From Candidatus Latescibacterota bacterium (GTDB lineage Bacteria; Latescibacterota; UBA2968; UBA8231), in assembly GCA_965203355.1 (NCBI GenBank), contig OZ241889.1, forward strand, positions 3,136,001 to 3,200,000: 64,000 nt of DNA, written 5' to 3'. The notes beneath the pieces were generated by a model. That model was not told the DNA's origin and did not search any database. It saw nothing but the letters and a program-made list of their open reading frames with translations. A program made the position numbers and the translations under genes. Positions 1 to 10,367 of this stretch are shown here, piece by piece (positions within the stretch are counted from its first letter, which is position 1; every line of letters begins with the position of its first letter).

Positions 1-2
1 AC

Positions 3-374
3 GACGGTGTCGCGGATGGGCCGGAGCCGGGCCAGAACACGATCGGGTTCTGTGGCGTCGTGGCGGCCGAGCAGACACGAATGCTCATCCGCTACCTGAT
101 CGGCGAGAATTGGTGGCACGACAGCGCACCTATCATCGGCCAATGGTCGTTTGAACACCGTTTCGTGGAGGCCCAAACCGAACCGTTCGAACACCCGGGT
201 CGGTGCGTCGCGAGTTGCGAGTTCTCGCGTGATCGCCAGGGGCTCGGTGAAGGCGGAAGGCCCAAATACCCGTTCGCAGAGGTACCACAAGAAGATTGGT
301 CTACCCTCATGAGGCGTCAATACCGGCAGGTTCGGACGAAGATGTGCCGAGCAATTGCAGCAGTACGATCCTGA
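3..374 (+). CDS. 3' end of a gene starting upstream of the window; possibly a ThiF/E1-like family C-terminus
   Basis: The frame is open from base 3 (DGVADGPEPGQNTIGFCGVVAAEQTRMLIRYL...RCVASCEF...GLGEGG). A helix followed by a CxxxC pair and GLG resembles ThiF-like tails; the diagnostic N-terminus is missing. Confidence 0.35.
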   Translation, partial: DGVADGPEPGQNTIGFCGVVAAEQTRMLIRYLIGENWWHDSAPIIGQWSFEHRFVEAQTEPFEHPGRCVASCEFSRDRQGLGEGGRPKYPFAEVPQEDWSTLMRRQYRQVRTKMCRAIAAVRS

Positions 375-923
375 CGCATCTGTTCGGAGTCCGCCTTGCC
401 ACTTCATTGTTGCTTCCTCTCCGACCCATCTTGATGCACTGTGGCCGGTGTAGCGCACCATCTATCTGGTGTTCACACAAAGCCTTTGTCAGAATCCGGG
501 AACAACGGAAACCATCAGAATCATAACAGATTGCGTGATACAGAAAGTTTCCTTCTTTCTGTGGCTGCTAGCTCTGAACCCACCTCAAAAGGCCTCTGGC
601 CTGACCAGTCGATTTCGCGCCGCCAGGCTCTTCGCTTCCGCCTCATCCAGAAGCCCAAGCCAGTCTCGCGTTCTCAACAGGCTGTTCGCAACATATTTTC
701 ACTAGGTTCGCAAATTGGCACGGCTCTTGAATACGGACTACTACGACCCTTCTTTAATGCTTTAACGGGTTGAATTTACTTTTTTAGAAAGGGCCAAATT
801 AAAAGGAACCAATGCGGTAATCAGCCATCTTTAGAGAAGGATCATTGCCCAAAAAAAGGGGCTTCATACATCTGCGCTCCTGCTATCTCTAAGCAGGGCT
901 AATTCATTGAAAGGAGGCACATC

Positions 924-2747
924 GTGCTGACTCGTTTAGTTCTATTCGCACTCGCTGTTAGTCTATGGGGCTGTGGAGACGACAGCGATCCGCCGCCCAC
1001 TGCGGCAGTCGTTGAGCCGACGGTTCTGCGGCCAAGCGGGGCGTTGCAACCTTGGGATCTGTCGCCCATTGTTCCGATTGACTCGGTTCGCTCCATGCCG
1101 GCGGGTACGACCGTATTCCTGCGCACGGAGTTTGCCCGCGGCGAACTGGCCGATCTCGAGATGACGCTTGTCCAAGTGGTCAATGATTTTTTGCCGCCCA
1201 TGCCGGTCTATATGCTCGAAGCCTCCGATCCCGTTTTGATACAGCTTGGGGGCATTGCTCAGGGGATGAGCGGTTCGCCCATTTTTACCGAGCAAGGCAC
1301 TTGGGGCGCCATTGCCTACGGATTTGATTCTCAAGACAGCCCGCCGTACTACTTTTTTGCCACCCCCATAGAATGGATGGTCGGCACGCGAGGCACGGTG
1401 CCAGCGGCCAAACCCATGGCTACCTGGGCTGGCAACCGCATTACCCCTTTGGAGATCCCCTTGTTGAGTGCGGGACTCAATCGGGTGCATCCGCGGCCTG
1501 AAGCAAGATCGTCCCTCCTAAGCAAAGCCAGCACCGCTAGTCTGACCCAAGAGCGCCAAGAGAGCTTTGAGGCCGGTCGCCCCTTGGTCGTTGGGTTGTT
1601 GCTCGGTGAGCATACGCTGGGTTCGCTGGGAACCATATCGTACGTCGATGGCGACCGGGTCTATGGATTTGGGCATCCTATGTCTAGTGCTGGGCCGGTG
1701 GAACTGCCCATTATAGAGGCACGGGTGCTCGGCGAAATTTCCAACTTGTCTGCCCCGTACAAGTTTGCAACCCTGAACCCAACGGTGCGGGGCACCCTGA
1801 CTGAAGACCGCTTGCCAGGGGTACGCGGCGTACTCAATGCGGAGCCTGCATTAGTACCTGTTAAGAGCGTCTATGCTTTTCCGTCGGGGGGCACGGTCGA
1901 ACTTACGCACCAGATGGCCGTCGGTCTCGAACCACATACCGTGACCGGTGTGGTCGCCAGTGCTTTTTTTGAGCCTTTGTTCAACCGACTTGACAACGAT
2001 CCCAATCACAGTATCCGCGTTACGACGGATGTTTCTTTTACCGGCTCTGATTCAACACTCACTCGCTCTCGGCTCTACTCCTCGTCAAGCGGACAACTTG
2101 TGAGAGCAATTGACAGTGCCTATGGCGACGTGTTAGACGCGCTTACGGAACTTACGACACGGAACGATTACGCCCTATATGTACGCGAGGCCGATGTGCA
2201 TGTCGAAGTGATTCCCGAGACTCGTTTTGCCACCGTGACAAAGATTGCGGCCGACACGGTTATCAGTCTTGGGAGTACGCTGGACATTACCACTTTGCTG
2301 CGCGTGGGAAGGGTCCGCGACCGGGAAGTCAAACTGGCCCTCAGCATACCGGATACGCTTCCCCCTGGCTTTTACCAACTCGAAGTGGGGGCCGCCGCAT
2401 CATTAGCGGACGCTGCCCTGTCGTTCGACAGCCCATCGTCGTCTGGCCTTTTTGGGGGCGAGGAAACGCTCGACGATGTTTTTGCGCGACTGAACAAACC
2501 CGCCGAAAATGTCGCCTTAAAAGCTCGCTTGACGTTTGTCGAGGCACGCAGAGAAGCTGAATTCTCCGATCCGTCGACTGATCTTGAAGGAGATGACGGC
2601 GAACCCACCGGAGATTTTAGTGATTTTTGGCCTCCGGACGCTTTCTCTTTCGACTCTTCTCCCGCGCCTATCTCTGCACAAGAAGACATCGATTTAGTGC
2701 TTGCAGGGACTCAAAGCCTTGCGATAGAAGTGGTAAAAGGAGAGTAG
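924..2747 (+). CDS. SpoIVB-like peptidase S55 domain lipoprotein
   Basis: Lipobox LWGC, S55 motif GGIAQGMSGSP, second-domain GFGHP motif and AGGAGG RBS upstream of the GTG start. Confidence 0.8.
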   Translation: MLTRLVLFALAVSLWGCGDDSDPPPTAAVVEPTVLRPSGALQPWDLSPIVPIDSVRSMPAGTTVFLRTEFARGELADLEMTLVQVVNDFLPPMPVYMLEASDPVLIQLGGIAQGMSGSPIFTEQGTWGAIAYGFDSQDSPPYYFFATPIEWMVGTRGTVPAAKPMATWAGNRITPLEIPLLSAGLNRVHPRPEARSSLLSKASTASLTQERQESFEAGRPLVVGLLLGEHTLGSLGTISYVDGDRVYGFGHPMSSAGPVELPIIEARVLGEISNLSAPYKFATLNPTVRGTLTEDRLPGVRGVLNAEPALVPVKSVYAFPSGGTVELTHQMAVGLEPHTVTGVVASAFFEPLFNRLDNDPNHSIRVTTDVSFTGSDSTLTRSRLYSSSSGQLVRAIDSAYGDVLDALTELTTRNDYALYVREADVHVEVIPETRFATVTKIAADTVISLGSTLDITTLLRVGRVRDREVKLALSIPDTLPPGFYQLEVGAAASLADAALSFDSPSSSGLFGGEETLDDVFARLNKPAENVALKARLTFVEARREAEFSDPSTDLEGDDGEPTGDFSDFWPPDAFSFDSSPAPISAQEDIDLVLAGTQSLAIEVVKGE

Positions 2748-2886
2748 CAGAGAGTCGTGGAGCCTTTGTCTGCATCGATCGCTTTTGCAGATGAAGGCTC
2801 CTTTCTCTGCTACTAGTCGGGATTATCCGGCCACTTAAGCTGCCGCACGCACGCCAGCCCCTCGGGCAACGACGCATATCCCTCCG

Positions 2887-3525
2887 CTAACGCCATTCCT
2901 CTGCGGTTGCGATCCGATTGACCGCTGTTGCCAGCCATTGGAATGCGGCTAATCTGTACAGAACACTAAAATCGTCAATCATTTCAGCCACGCGATGGAC
3001 ACTCGACCGCCAATTGAAGTGCTTTAGGCGACGCCCTTGTAGGCCGCTCGCCTGACTCAGAAGTTCGCGGATGCGTTTTTTGGGATCGGCTAACTCTTCA
3101 AGCCTTGTCACATCTGGCATGTCTAGGGGCTGAGTACCATTGGGATTGCCCGCAGCCCTTCTCAACGCAGCCTCGTTGATGAGCAACCACGCTTCCTGCA
3201 TCCGCACGGGCACCACGCAGACAACGCGTACCGAACCTTCCACGGAACTTTCCGCTAAAGCTCTACAAATTTCTGCCTCGCGCTCCTCGATTGAGTCACT
3301 CTCTGCGTCCCTATGCACAAAGAGCAGGTCGCAAGGATACAGTTCAACGCCTCTGTCAATGCGTTCAGAAAGTTTCCTAGGAGAGGGAGATAGACGGCGC
3401 AGGTCGGCAAACTCCGCTTGGATGGGAATCGCACCGCAGTACTGACGTAGCAGCCAAGTAAGAATCGGTAGAAGGGCACGGTCAGACGATCCGTCCGCCA
3501 CCAGCGTGTAGCGCAGTTCCTGCAT
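2887..3525 (-). CDS. TOPRIM-like (DUF4276-like) protein partnered with an ABC ATPase
   Basis: Motifs LVADGSSD, LFVHRDAE and VPVRMQEAWLL; starts 16 bp after the ATPase stop. Confidence 0.65.
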   Translation of the reverse strand: MQELRYTLVADGSSDRALLPILTWLLRQYCGAIPIQAEFADLRRLSPSPRKLSERIDRGVELYPCDLLFVHRDAESDSIEEREAEICRALAESSVEGSVRVVCVVPVRMQEAWLLINEAALRRAAGNPNGTQPLDMPDVTRLEELADPKKRIRELLSQASGLQGRRLKHFNWRSSVHRVAEMIDDFSVLYRLAAFQWLATAVNRIATAEEWR

Positions 3526-3541
3526 CCGGCACCAGATTTGC

Positions 3542-4990
3542 CTAGTAAAAAGACAGAAGAAGTTGCTGCATATCCTCCCTATCGACTACCCGCTTCTGTG
3601 TTGATGTCTCTATGTAATTCTTAGGCAGCACCGGGTTCAGATAAGGAAGCAGATCGCCGCGAGCGGCATCTTCGCTCACTTTGGCTCGCCAAGTATCGGA
3701 CAGGCCGAGAAAGTGAGCTTTTTTGCAGAGGCGTCCTTCCTCATCTATGGCCTCTCTTGCCTTTACAAATACGACGCTATCGTCCGGGACTTGTTGGAAT
3801 ACTGAAGGCGAGTGAGTATTGACGATCACTTGGCGTAGTGGATTGTCCTCTCCAACAGGCTCTTGGGTATCCACCGCAATATCCCTGAGCAGCTGCAGTA
3901 TAGCCGGGATCCGCGCCGGATGAATACCGTTTTCCGGTTCTTCCAAACAAATCACTCCCTGCATCTGCGGGTCGCTCTCCAAGACAGCCAAAGCGAGAAA
4001 GCGCAGGGTACCATCCGACAGGGCACGTGCCGGATGTAAGGTCCCCTCTTCGTTTTTTACATACAACGTCAATAGCTCCCGCTTCTCATCCCGCTCTATG
4101 TGAATATCATTCACACCCTCGATGAGTTCGGCCAAGCGGTTGGCGATCTGGCTATATACTTTTTGAGGGACCGAATCTACATGCCGCCCCAAGCGATACA
4201 ACGTAGCCGCCAGATAGCGACCATCCGCCTTTAAGTGAGTAGGAGCACCAAATTCATCGGGGCTTCTAAGTGCCGAAGGCTCCAGTTGCAACATTTGCCA
4301 AGATTCCATCTCTCGGCGAGCGACCAATGCCGTAGGGCTTTCCGCCGCATTGGCTGTGGAAAGCACGGTGCGCGGTAAATTAGCGGCGGATCGGGGCAAA
4401 GGACGCCCACTGCTGCCGCCATCCTGATGTAGTTTTATGACTCTGTTTTCTCCCTCGCCTGTAGTTGAAATGAAATAGGGGGCGTGGCGCTTGCCGTACA
4501 CGGCGGATTTGCGCCAGTCCTTTGCACTGTTGGGAAATAAGAGATGTCGCGGAGCATCACCGTGGGTGATATGGACTAATTCTTCTTTGACGATAGCGAG
4601 ATTACCTCGCACCAAGCTGTCGGCCGTCTCTCGGTAAGCAAGCTCTAGGGAATAGCGCAAAAATGTAATACTGGCCTTTGCCTCCTGCCCTAAGTCGTCA
4701 ATGGCCCACCGCGGCACGATCATCTCTGCCTCAAAGGTCATATGCTCAGCATAGTGGTCTCCCACGCGGTGAAAAAGGTCGCGCACATGTGCGGTGCGGC
4801 AGTCTTGATTGCGCACGGCGGCAGCGGCCTCCATGAGCGTGTGATTGGCCAATGCACTCAGAAACCGAATCGCGTCAAACAGGTTTGACTTACCCACCCC
4901 ATTCGGCCCAACTACACAGGTAAACGGACCGAGGTACAAATCCACATCCACCAGATTTTTGAAGTTAGCGACTTTCAGTCGAGTCAACAT
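3542..4990 (-). CDS. AAA_21/RecF-like ABC ATPase
   Basis: N-terminal NFKN, Walker A GPNGVGKSN, signature LSDGT, Walker B/D-loop LEEPENGIHP and H-loop THS. Confidence 0.88.
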   Translation of the reverse strand: MLTRLKVANFKNLVDVDLYLGPFTCVVGPNGVGKSNLFDAIRFLSALANHTLMEAAAAVRNQDCRTAHVRDLFHRVGDHYAEHMTFEAEMIVPRWAIDDLGQEAKASITFLRYSLELAYRETADSLVRGNLAIVKEELVHITHGDAPRHLLFPNSAKDWRKSAVYGKRHAPYFISTTGEGENRVIKLHQDGGSSGRPLPRSAANLPRTVLSTANAAESPTALVARREMESWQMLQLEPSALRSPDEFGAPTHLKADGRYLAATLYRLGRHVDSVPQKVYSQIANRLAELIEGVNDIHIERDEKRELLTLYVKNEEGTLHPARALSDGTLRFLALAVLESDPQMQGVICLEEPENGIHPARIPAILQLLRDIAVDTQEPVGEDNPLRQVIVNTHSPSVFQQVPDDSVVFVKAREAIDEEGRLCKKAHFLGLSDTWRAKVSEDAARGDLLPYLNPVLPKNYIETSTQKRVVDREDMQQLLLSFY

Positions 4991-5166
4991 AGGCCATCTC
5001 CTCAGTGGGAGGACTTACATCTCTTGGTTCGTCTACAACCACTCACTATGCCAGATGTCCAATAATAGGCAACCTCTTAAACCCCGGCTAATTTTCAGCA
5101 TTGGCTCTACCAAGCCCGCGTTCTTAGCTTAAACAAATCATCCGCACTTAACCGACAGGAGCTATC

Positions 5167-5901
5167 ATGGTCGAAACCAACGACATCCAACGCCCTCCCA
5201 AAGACCTCGTCGAGGCCCTCGCCTCCATTTCCAGCGCGACCGCGGCCGGCGAACTGGCTCGCTTGGGCATCCGCGATCCCCACATCCAAGGCCCGGTCGC
5301 CCGCATCCCGGGCAAACACGTCGTCGGCCCGGCCCTGACCTTGCAGTTCATGCCCAAGCGCGAAGACCAATACTCGGTTGATGAATACGCCGACCCAGAA
5401 AAGCAACTCCACCGCCACGCCCTGTACCACACCCAACCCGGCGACATCATCGTCGTCGATGCGCGCGGCGACATGCACAGCGGCGTCTTCGGCGAGATGA
5501 TGCTCACTTTCTTCATGGGGCGCGGCGGCATTGGCGCGGTCATCGACGGCTGCATCCGCGACTTTCCCAAGGTGGTCGAAGACCTCGACATCGGGCTTTG
5601 GCTGCGCGGCACCACCCCCAACTTCCACACCCAGACCAATATCTTCCCCTTCGCAGTCAACCAGCCCATCGCCTGCGGCAACACCCTCGTCATGCCCGGC
5701 GACATCATCGTCGCCGACGACGACGGCGCCACCGTCGTCCCAGCCCAACTCGCCCCCGAACTGACCGAAAAGGCCCAAGCCCACGCCGAGTGGGAGGACT
5801 TCAGCCGCATGAAGCTGGCCGCGGGCGGGCACTTGCGCCAATACTACCCTCTCAGCGAAGAAGCCCGCGCCGAGTACGAAACCTGGAAAAAGGAACAATG
5901 A
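5167..5901 (+). CDS. RraA/HMG aldolase family protein
   Basis: Motifs VVGPALT, GDIIVVDARG, GVFGEM, DGCIRD and PGDIIVADDDG; AGGAG RBS. Confidence 0.88.
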   Translation: MVETNDIQRPPKDLVEALASISSATAAGELARLGIRDPHIQGPVARIPGKHVVGPALTLQFMPKREDQYSVDEYADPEKQLHRHALYHTQPGDIIVVDARGDMHSGVFGEMMLTFFMGRGGIGAVIDGCIRDFPKVVEDLDIGLWLRGTTPNFHTQTNIFPFAVNQPIACGNTLVMPGDIIVADDDGATVVPAQLAPELTEKAQAHAEWEDFSRMKLAAGGHLRQYYPLSEEARAEYETWKKEQ

Positions 5902-7661
5902 ACCGCCGCCCCAACATCGTCTTCGTCCTCACCGACGACCAAGGCTACGGCGACTTGGGCTGTCACGGCAACAGCGCGATCCGCACACCGTGCCTCGACC
6001 GCTTCCACCAAGATGCCGTGCGCTTCACCGACTATCACGTCGGCTCCACCTGTGCCCCCACCCGCGCCGGCCTGCTCACCGGCCACTACTGCAACAGCGC
6101 TGGCGTTTGGCACACCATTGGCGGCCGCTCGCTGTTGCGTGCCAACGAGTGGACCCTTGCCGACGCGCTCACTGGCGCGGGCTATCGCACCGGGCACTTC
6201 GGCAAGTGGCATCTCGGCGACAGCCCGCCCTACCGCCCTCACGAGCGCGGCTTTGCCGAATCCGTGTACCACGCGGGCGGCGGCATTGGCAACACCGGCG
6301 ACCCTTGGGGCAACGACTACTTTGACGACACCTATTTCAAAAACGGCGTTCCCACCCCGTACGAGGGGTACTGCACGGACGTGTTCTTCCGCGAGGGGCG
6401 GCGCTTTATCGCGCAAAACGCCGACCGACCCTTCTTTTGTTACATCGCCACCAACGCGCCGCACGGGCCGCTCAACGTCGCGCCACACTACGTCGCGCCC
6501 TATCGCGACGCCACGCCACACGAAGACCGCGCCCGCTTCTACGGCATGATCGCCAACATCGACGAAAACTTCGGCCAGTTGCAGGCCACGCTCGACGAGT
6601 TGGGCATTGCCGACAACACCATCCTCATCTTTATGACCGACAACGGCACGGCCACCGGGGTCGAGCTAGACGACGATCAATTCCCCCGCGAAGGGCCGGG
6701 CAGTTACAACGCCGGTATGCGCGGCAAAAAAGGCTCCCAGTACGAAGGCGGTCACCGCGTGCCCTTCCTCATCCGCTACCCCAACGGACGCATCACTGGT
6801 GGCCGCGACATTGACGTGCTGACCAGCTACGTGGATTTCATGCCGACCCTGCTCGACTTGTGCGGAGTAAAAGTCCCGGCTGGCCGCACCTTCCACGGCC
6901 AGAGTCTAAGGCCGCTACTGCTCGGCGCAGGCAGTTCGGCTTGGACCGAGCGCGTCACCGTCTGCGACACCCAGCGCGTAGCTCGCCCGGTCAAATGGCG
7001 CAAGAGCGCGGTGATGAAGGACAAGTGGCGGCTCATCGACGGTCGCGCACTCTACGATCTCGGCGCGGACCCCGGCCAGCGTCAGGACCTGGCCGCTGAG
7101 CATCCCAAAATCGTCGCCGAGTTGCGCACGGCATACGATGAGTGGTGGGCACTCGTGTCCGAGCAATTCGACCGCGACGCACCAATCGCCCTCGGCGGGA
7201 GCGACCAACCCGTTAAGCTCACCACCCACGACCTCCGCAATGAGGCGTGTAGTGCCGTCTGGAATCAGCGCCAAGTCCGCGCCGGGCAGATCGCGAGTGG
7301 TTTTTGGGCGGTTGATGTCAAGGAGGCGGGACGCTACCAAATTGAACTGCGGCGCTGGCCCGAGGAAACCGGCTACGCGCTTGCTGCGGGGATTGAAGGC
7401 GACGATAGTGGCTGGTACCGCGCCGGTATTCAGCCGAAAAACGCGCCAGCCTACGAAGGCGGGCTGGCCCTCGCCCTCGGCTGGGCACAGCTAACCATCG
7501 GCGGTCAAAATCGCCAGCGAGAAGTCGATCCTGCCGCGACCAATACTTGCTTTGCGATTGACCTCGCCGCTGGCCCGGACCGACTCTACGCCTCGTTTCA
7601 CGATCGCACGGAGCGGACTATTGCTCCTTACTACGTGTACGTGCAGAAGTTTTCGGGATAG
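5898..7661 (+). CDS. arylsulfatase (formylglycine-dependent, family S1)
   Basis: The real start MNRRPNIVFVLTDDQG overlaps the previous stop (ATGA). Motifs CAPTRAGLLTG, GKWHLG, TDNG and GKKGSQYEGGHRVP. Confidence 0.92.
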   Translation: MNRRPNIVFVLTDDQGYGDLGCHGNSAIRTPCLDRFHQDAVRFTDYHVGSTCAPTRAGLLTGHYCNSAGVWHTIGGRSLLRANEWTLADALTGAGYRTGHFGKWHLGDSPPYRPHERGFAESVYHAGGGIGNTGDPWGNDYFDDTYFKNGVPTPYEGYCTDVFFREGRRFIAQNADRPFFCYIATNAPHGPLNVAPHYVAPYRDATPHEDRARFYGMIANIDENFGQLQATLDELGIADNTILIFMTDNGTATGVELDDDQFPREGPGSYNAGMRGKKGSQYEGGHRVPFLIRYPNGRITGGRDIDVLTSYVDFMPTLLDLCGVKVPAGRTFHGQSLRPLLLGAGSSAWTERVTVCDTQRVARPVKWRKSAVMKDKWRLIDGRALYDLGADPGQRQDLAAEHPKIVAELRTAYDEWWALVSEQFDRDAPIALGGSDQPVKLTTHDLRNEACSAVWNQRQVRAGQIASGFWAVDVKEAGRYQIELRRWPEETGYALAAGIEGDDSGWYRAGIQPKNAPAYEGGLALALGWAQLTIGGQNRQREVDPAATNTCFAIDLAAGPDRLYASFHDRTERTIAPYYVYVQKFSG

Positions 7662-7736
7662 GGCGCGTTTGCTCGGGTGTGGAGTTACGCTAGCGACGCT
7701 TGTGCGGCCGAAATTCTGCGGCAAACTGCGGTGCGA

Positions 7737-8357
7737 TTATCCTGCGCCCAGTTCCTCGTCGAATAGCCGTTTGGCTTCGGCTTTGGCCCATTGCTCGCAT
7801 GCACGTGCTGCTTGGGTGGTCGGCTCGCGAACGTCCTGGGGAGCCTGAAGGTTGAGCTTGTCGAGCGCACCTTCCACCGCTTTTTGGAGCTGTTGTTGCT
7901 TCCATCGCCATTCGTCGGAATTGAGATACAGAACGGGCCATGCCAGTACTTCCTTGCGGCCGTCAAGCAGCTTCTGCAAAACATCCCGCGATGCCTCACG
8001 ACGGTTGTATTCGAGGTCAAGCTCGTAGCAGAGCATCTCATCGCGGTAGGTTTCCACCCGCTCTTGGACGAAGGAACATTGCTCTTGGGATGGAGGGATG
8101 GGGCCTGGGCTTGGCGTACTTGGCTCGCCAACGCTCTGACGCCGCTTGCGCTTGTTACTTACAATGACGCCCGCGGTGAATCCAATGGCTATACCGGTGG
8201 CTATACCGGCTAGAAACCATGTTATTTCATTATTTTCTTCTACCGAATCTTTCGGTACAACAGCGGCTCCTGCAATGGCTCCTGAAGCGGCTCCTGCAAT
8301 GGCTCCTGCAATGACCGCCGTACCAGCGGCTAAAGACACAATACTCTTCGTACTCAT
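7737..8357 (-). CDS. hypothetical membrane protein (two Gly/Ala-rich hydrophobic helices plus helical C-terminus), last gene of the dynamin operon
   Basis: The start abuts the upstream stop (TAA-ATG). AGAIAGAASGAIAGAA and WFLAGIATGIAIGFTAGVIV segments are followed by a basic KRKRR stretch. Confidence 0.7.
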   Translation of the reverse strand: MSTKSIVSLAAGTAVIAGAIAGAASGAIAGAAVVPKDSVEENNEITWFLAGIATGIAIGFTAGVIVSNKRKRRQSVGEPSTPSPGPIPPSQEQCSFVQERVETYRDEMLCYELDLEYNRREASRDVLQKLLDGRKEVLAWPVLYLNSDEWRWKQQQLQKAVEGALDKLNLQAPQDVREPTTQAARACEQWAKAEAKRLFDEELGAG

Positions 8358-10367
8358 TTAGGCACTCCTCGCTTCGCTCGCTAGGTCATGGTCATATTCA
8401 GCTTTAAGTTCTTCTACTTGCAGTTTGCGCCGATCTAATTCCACAAGCTGATCGTCAATCTTTTGCTGCTCAACCTCATCTAACGAAGCTCCTTTTTCCA
8501 ACTCTTCTAAAAAATTCCGCTTCGCTCTGAAAATGTGCTGCAAACTACCTTCCATTGTATTAAGGGCCTCTAGTCCGAGCCGTTGCAACTCGGTGGCAAT
8601 TTTTTCAAATAATTCGTCAAAAGTTTCTCTCAGAAGCGATTCAAGTTCGTCTTCCAACGCCTTAGCAGCCTTCTTTTTGCCTAGTCCTGTACCACAGATC
8701 CTCTCCCACCAAGAAACTGCAGACCTCACAGCGTTCTCCAGAGTTTCTCGGTTAAGATCGTTTGTCAGCTCCGTTTCTGCATCCTTGCAAATTCTATAAG
8801 GCGGGAGGAGTAGTAAGTGATAGTTTGGTATATATGGTATATATATATCAATGGTCGATCCACTCGTTAGGAATATATCTGATAAATCACTCTCCGACTG
8901 ATTGAGGATGCGTTCGGTTTCTGCCACGATCTTCCTGATAGCTTCCACGAGAATAGAACGACTATCATACAGATGGCTCCCAATACTCATCGCTACTCCT
9001 GCCATATTGTCGATGCTAGGACAACTTTTAAGGTCATCTTCGATCTTTCTCATGATTTCACGAAGCGTTTCATTAATGCTCCTTTGCAGGGGATCTCTTG
9101 CTTCATCAAGAGCCTTCCTGAACTTCTTCATCGTGTTATCAACAACTAAATTTATCGAAACAAGGTTTTCTCTTGTCCGAGCGAAGTCTTTGCTGCGATT
9201 TTCCTGCGATAGGTTAATAGCATTGCGATTAGCCGTCAATATCGCCTTGTCTTGCGCGATGCTTTTATCGGCCTTTTCGAAGACGCTGTCCAAACGTGTT
9301 TGATGCGCCTCAATAATACCATCTCCTTTAGTCGCGATGATTTGTCGTTCAATGACATTGCGAAGTCGCTCAAGCCCATGTCTCTCTGGCTCTAGATAGC
9401 CCTTGCTTGATATTTCCCTCAAATTCCATGTCAAAACCTCAGGCAGGGGGCGACCTGCTTCTTGCATGGCGGAAACAAGCGCACCGAGACCGCTGACGAG
9501 TACGATCTGCTCGTCGTTTCCGAACAGTGCCTTTCCCCTCAAGTCTTCGCTATCTCGAGTTTTCCGAATGTGTCTCCGAATGGCTGCTTCGTCGGGCTGC
9601 GTATCGCACTTGTTCACCGCGATGATGCGCCGGCGAGGATCGATGTGTGTCAAGTACTTGTCAATAAACTTCACGTCATCCTCAGTCAGGCCTGCTTGCC
9701 CGGCAAAAGTGACGTACACCACAGCATCAGCGCGTTCGATCCACTCGCGGGTAATTTTGTCGCGCACCGGGTTCGGATCATTGGTTCCAGGGGTATCGGC
9801 TACTGTCACTTGATGCAGCCACGGACGATCGGCCCACAATTGCACCTGGTTGACATACGCGCTGTATATGCCACCGCTGTTACATACCGCCACAAACTGG
9901 CCGAGCTTATCAAGCCCATCCTCGGAAATGACGCACGGAGGGTTAGTAAGCAGATCGGATTCCCTAAGTCTTTCCGCACGAGCAGTCTCCCGTGCCTCTT
10001 CCAGGTCCTGCGCGGACCGTTCATCTAGCTTGCTAGCTTCCACCACCTCGCGAAATTCGTCAGGCGTGTACAACGTAGCCTCAACTCGCTCCGTTTCATC
10101 TCCTTCCATGAGTGCGATTTTGGCCGTCATAGTCGTAACGTGACTCGGCAACACCTCCTCGGAGAAAAGTAGGGCGTTAAGCAGGGTTGACTTCCCGTTG
10201 TTCATCTGGCCACAGACCGCGAGGATGAAGCGCTCTTCTTGTAGATTGGATTTTGCCTCCTGAAGTGCCTCCACGTCTGCCTTTAGCAATTCATGGTTTT
10301 CAACGACGCGGTCGTACCACTCGCAGAGGGTAGCTTTGTGCTTTTGGTGAATAGCTAGACCGTTCAT
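8358..10367 (-). CDS. bacterial dynamin-like GTPase (DLP 3)
   Basis: G1 GQMNNGKST, G2 TMTA, G3 DTPG, G4 NKCD and a long helical C-terminus. Confidence 0.88.
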   Translation of the reverse strand: MNGLAIHQKHKATLCEWYDRVVENHELLKADVEALQEAKSNLQEERFILAVCGQMNNGKSTLLNALLFSEEVLPSHVTTMTAKIALMEGDETERVEATLYTPDEFREVVEASKLDERSAQDLEEARETARAERLRESDLLTNPPCVISEDGLDKLGQFVAVCNSGGIYSAYVNQVQLWADRPWLHQVTVADTPGTNDPNPVRDKITREWIERADAVVYVTFAGQAGLTEDDVKFIDKYLTHIDPRRRIIAVNKCDTQPDEAAIRRHIRKTRDSEDLRGKALFGNDEQIVLVSGLGALVSAMQEAGRPLPEVLTWNLREISSKGYLEPERHGLERLRNVIERQIIATKGDGIIEAHQTRLDSVFEKADKSIAQDKAILTANRNAINLSQENRSKDFARTRENLVSINLVVDNTMKKFRKALDEARDPLQRSINETLREIMRKIEDDLKSCPSIDNMAGVAMSIGSHLYDSRSILVEAIRKIVAETERILNQSESDLSDIFLTSGSTIDIYIPYIPNYHLLLLPPYRICKDAETELTNDLNRETLENAVRSAVSWWERICGTGLGKKKAAKALEDELESLLRETFDELFEKIATELQRLGLEALNTMEGSLQHIFRAKRNFLEELEKGASLDEVEQQKIDDQLVELDRRKLQVEELKAEYDHDLASEARSA

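Noticed and set aside
441-900. Short ORFs and a possible IS-end-like CAGGCTGTTCGCAA sequence
   Set aside because: No partner inverted repeat, no transposase motif and no RBS; cannot be supported.
5598-5897. 100-aa N-terminal extension of the sulfatase ORF
   Set aside because: Overlaps the RraA gene out of frame; the sulfatase motif begins at ATG 5898.
5107-5898. 263-aa and 220-aa minus-strand ORFs
   Set aside because: Antisense shadows of the GC-rich RraA-family gene.
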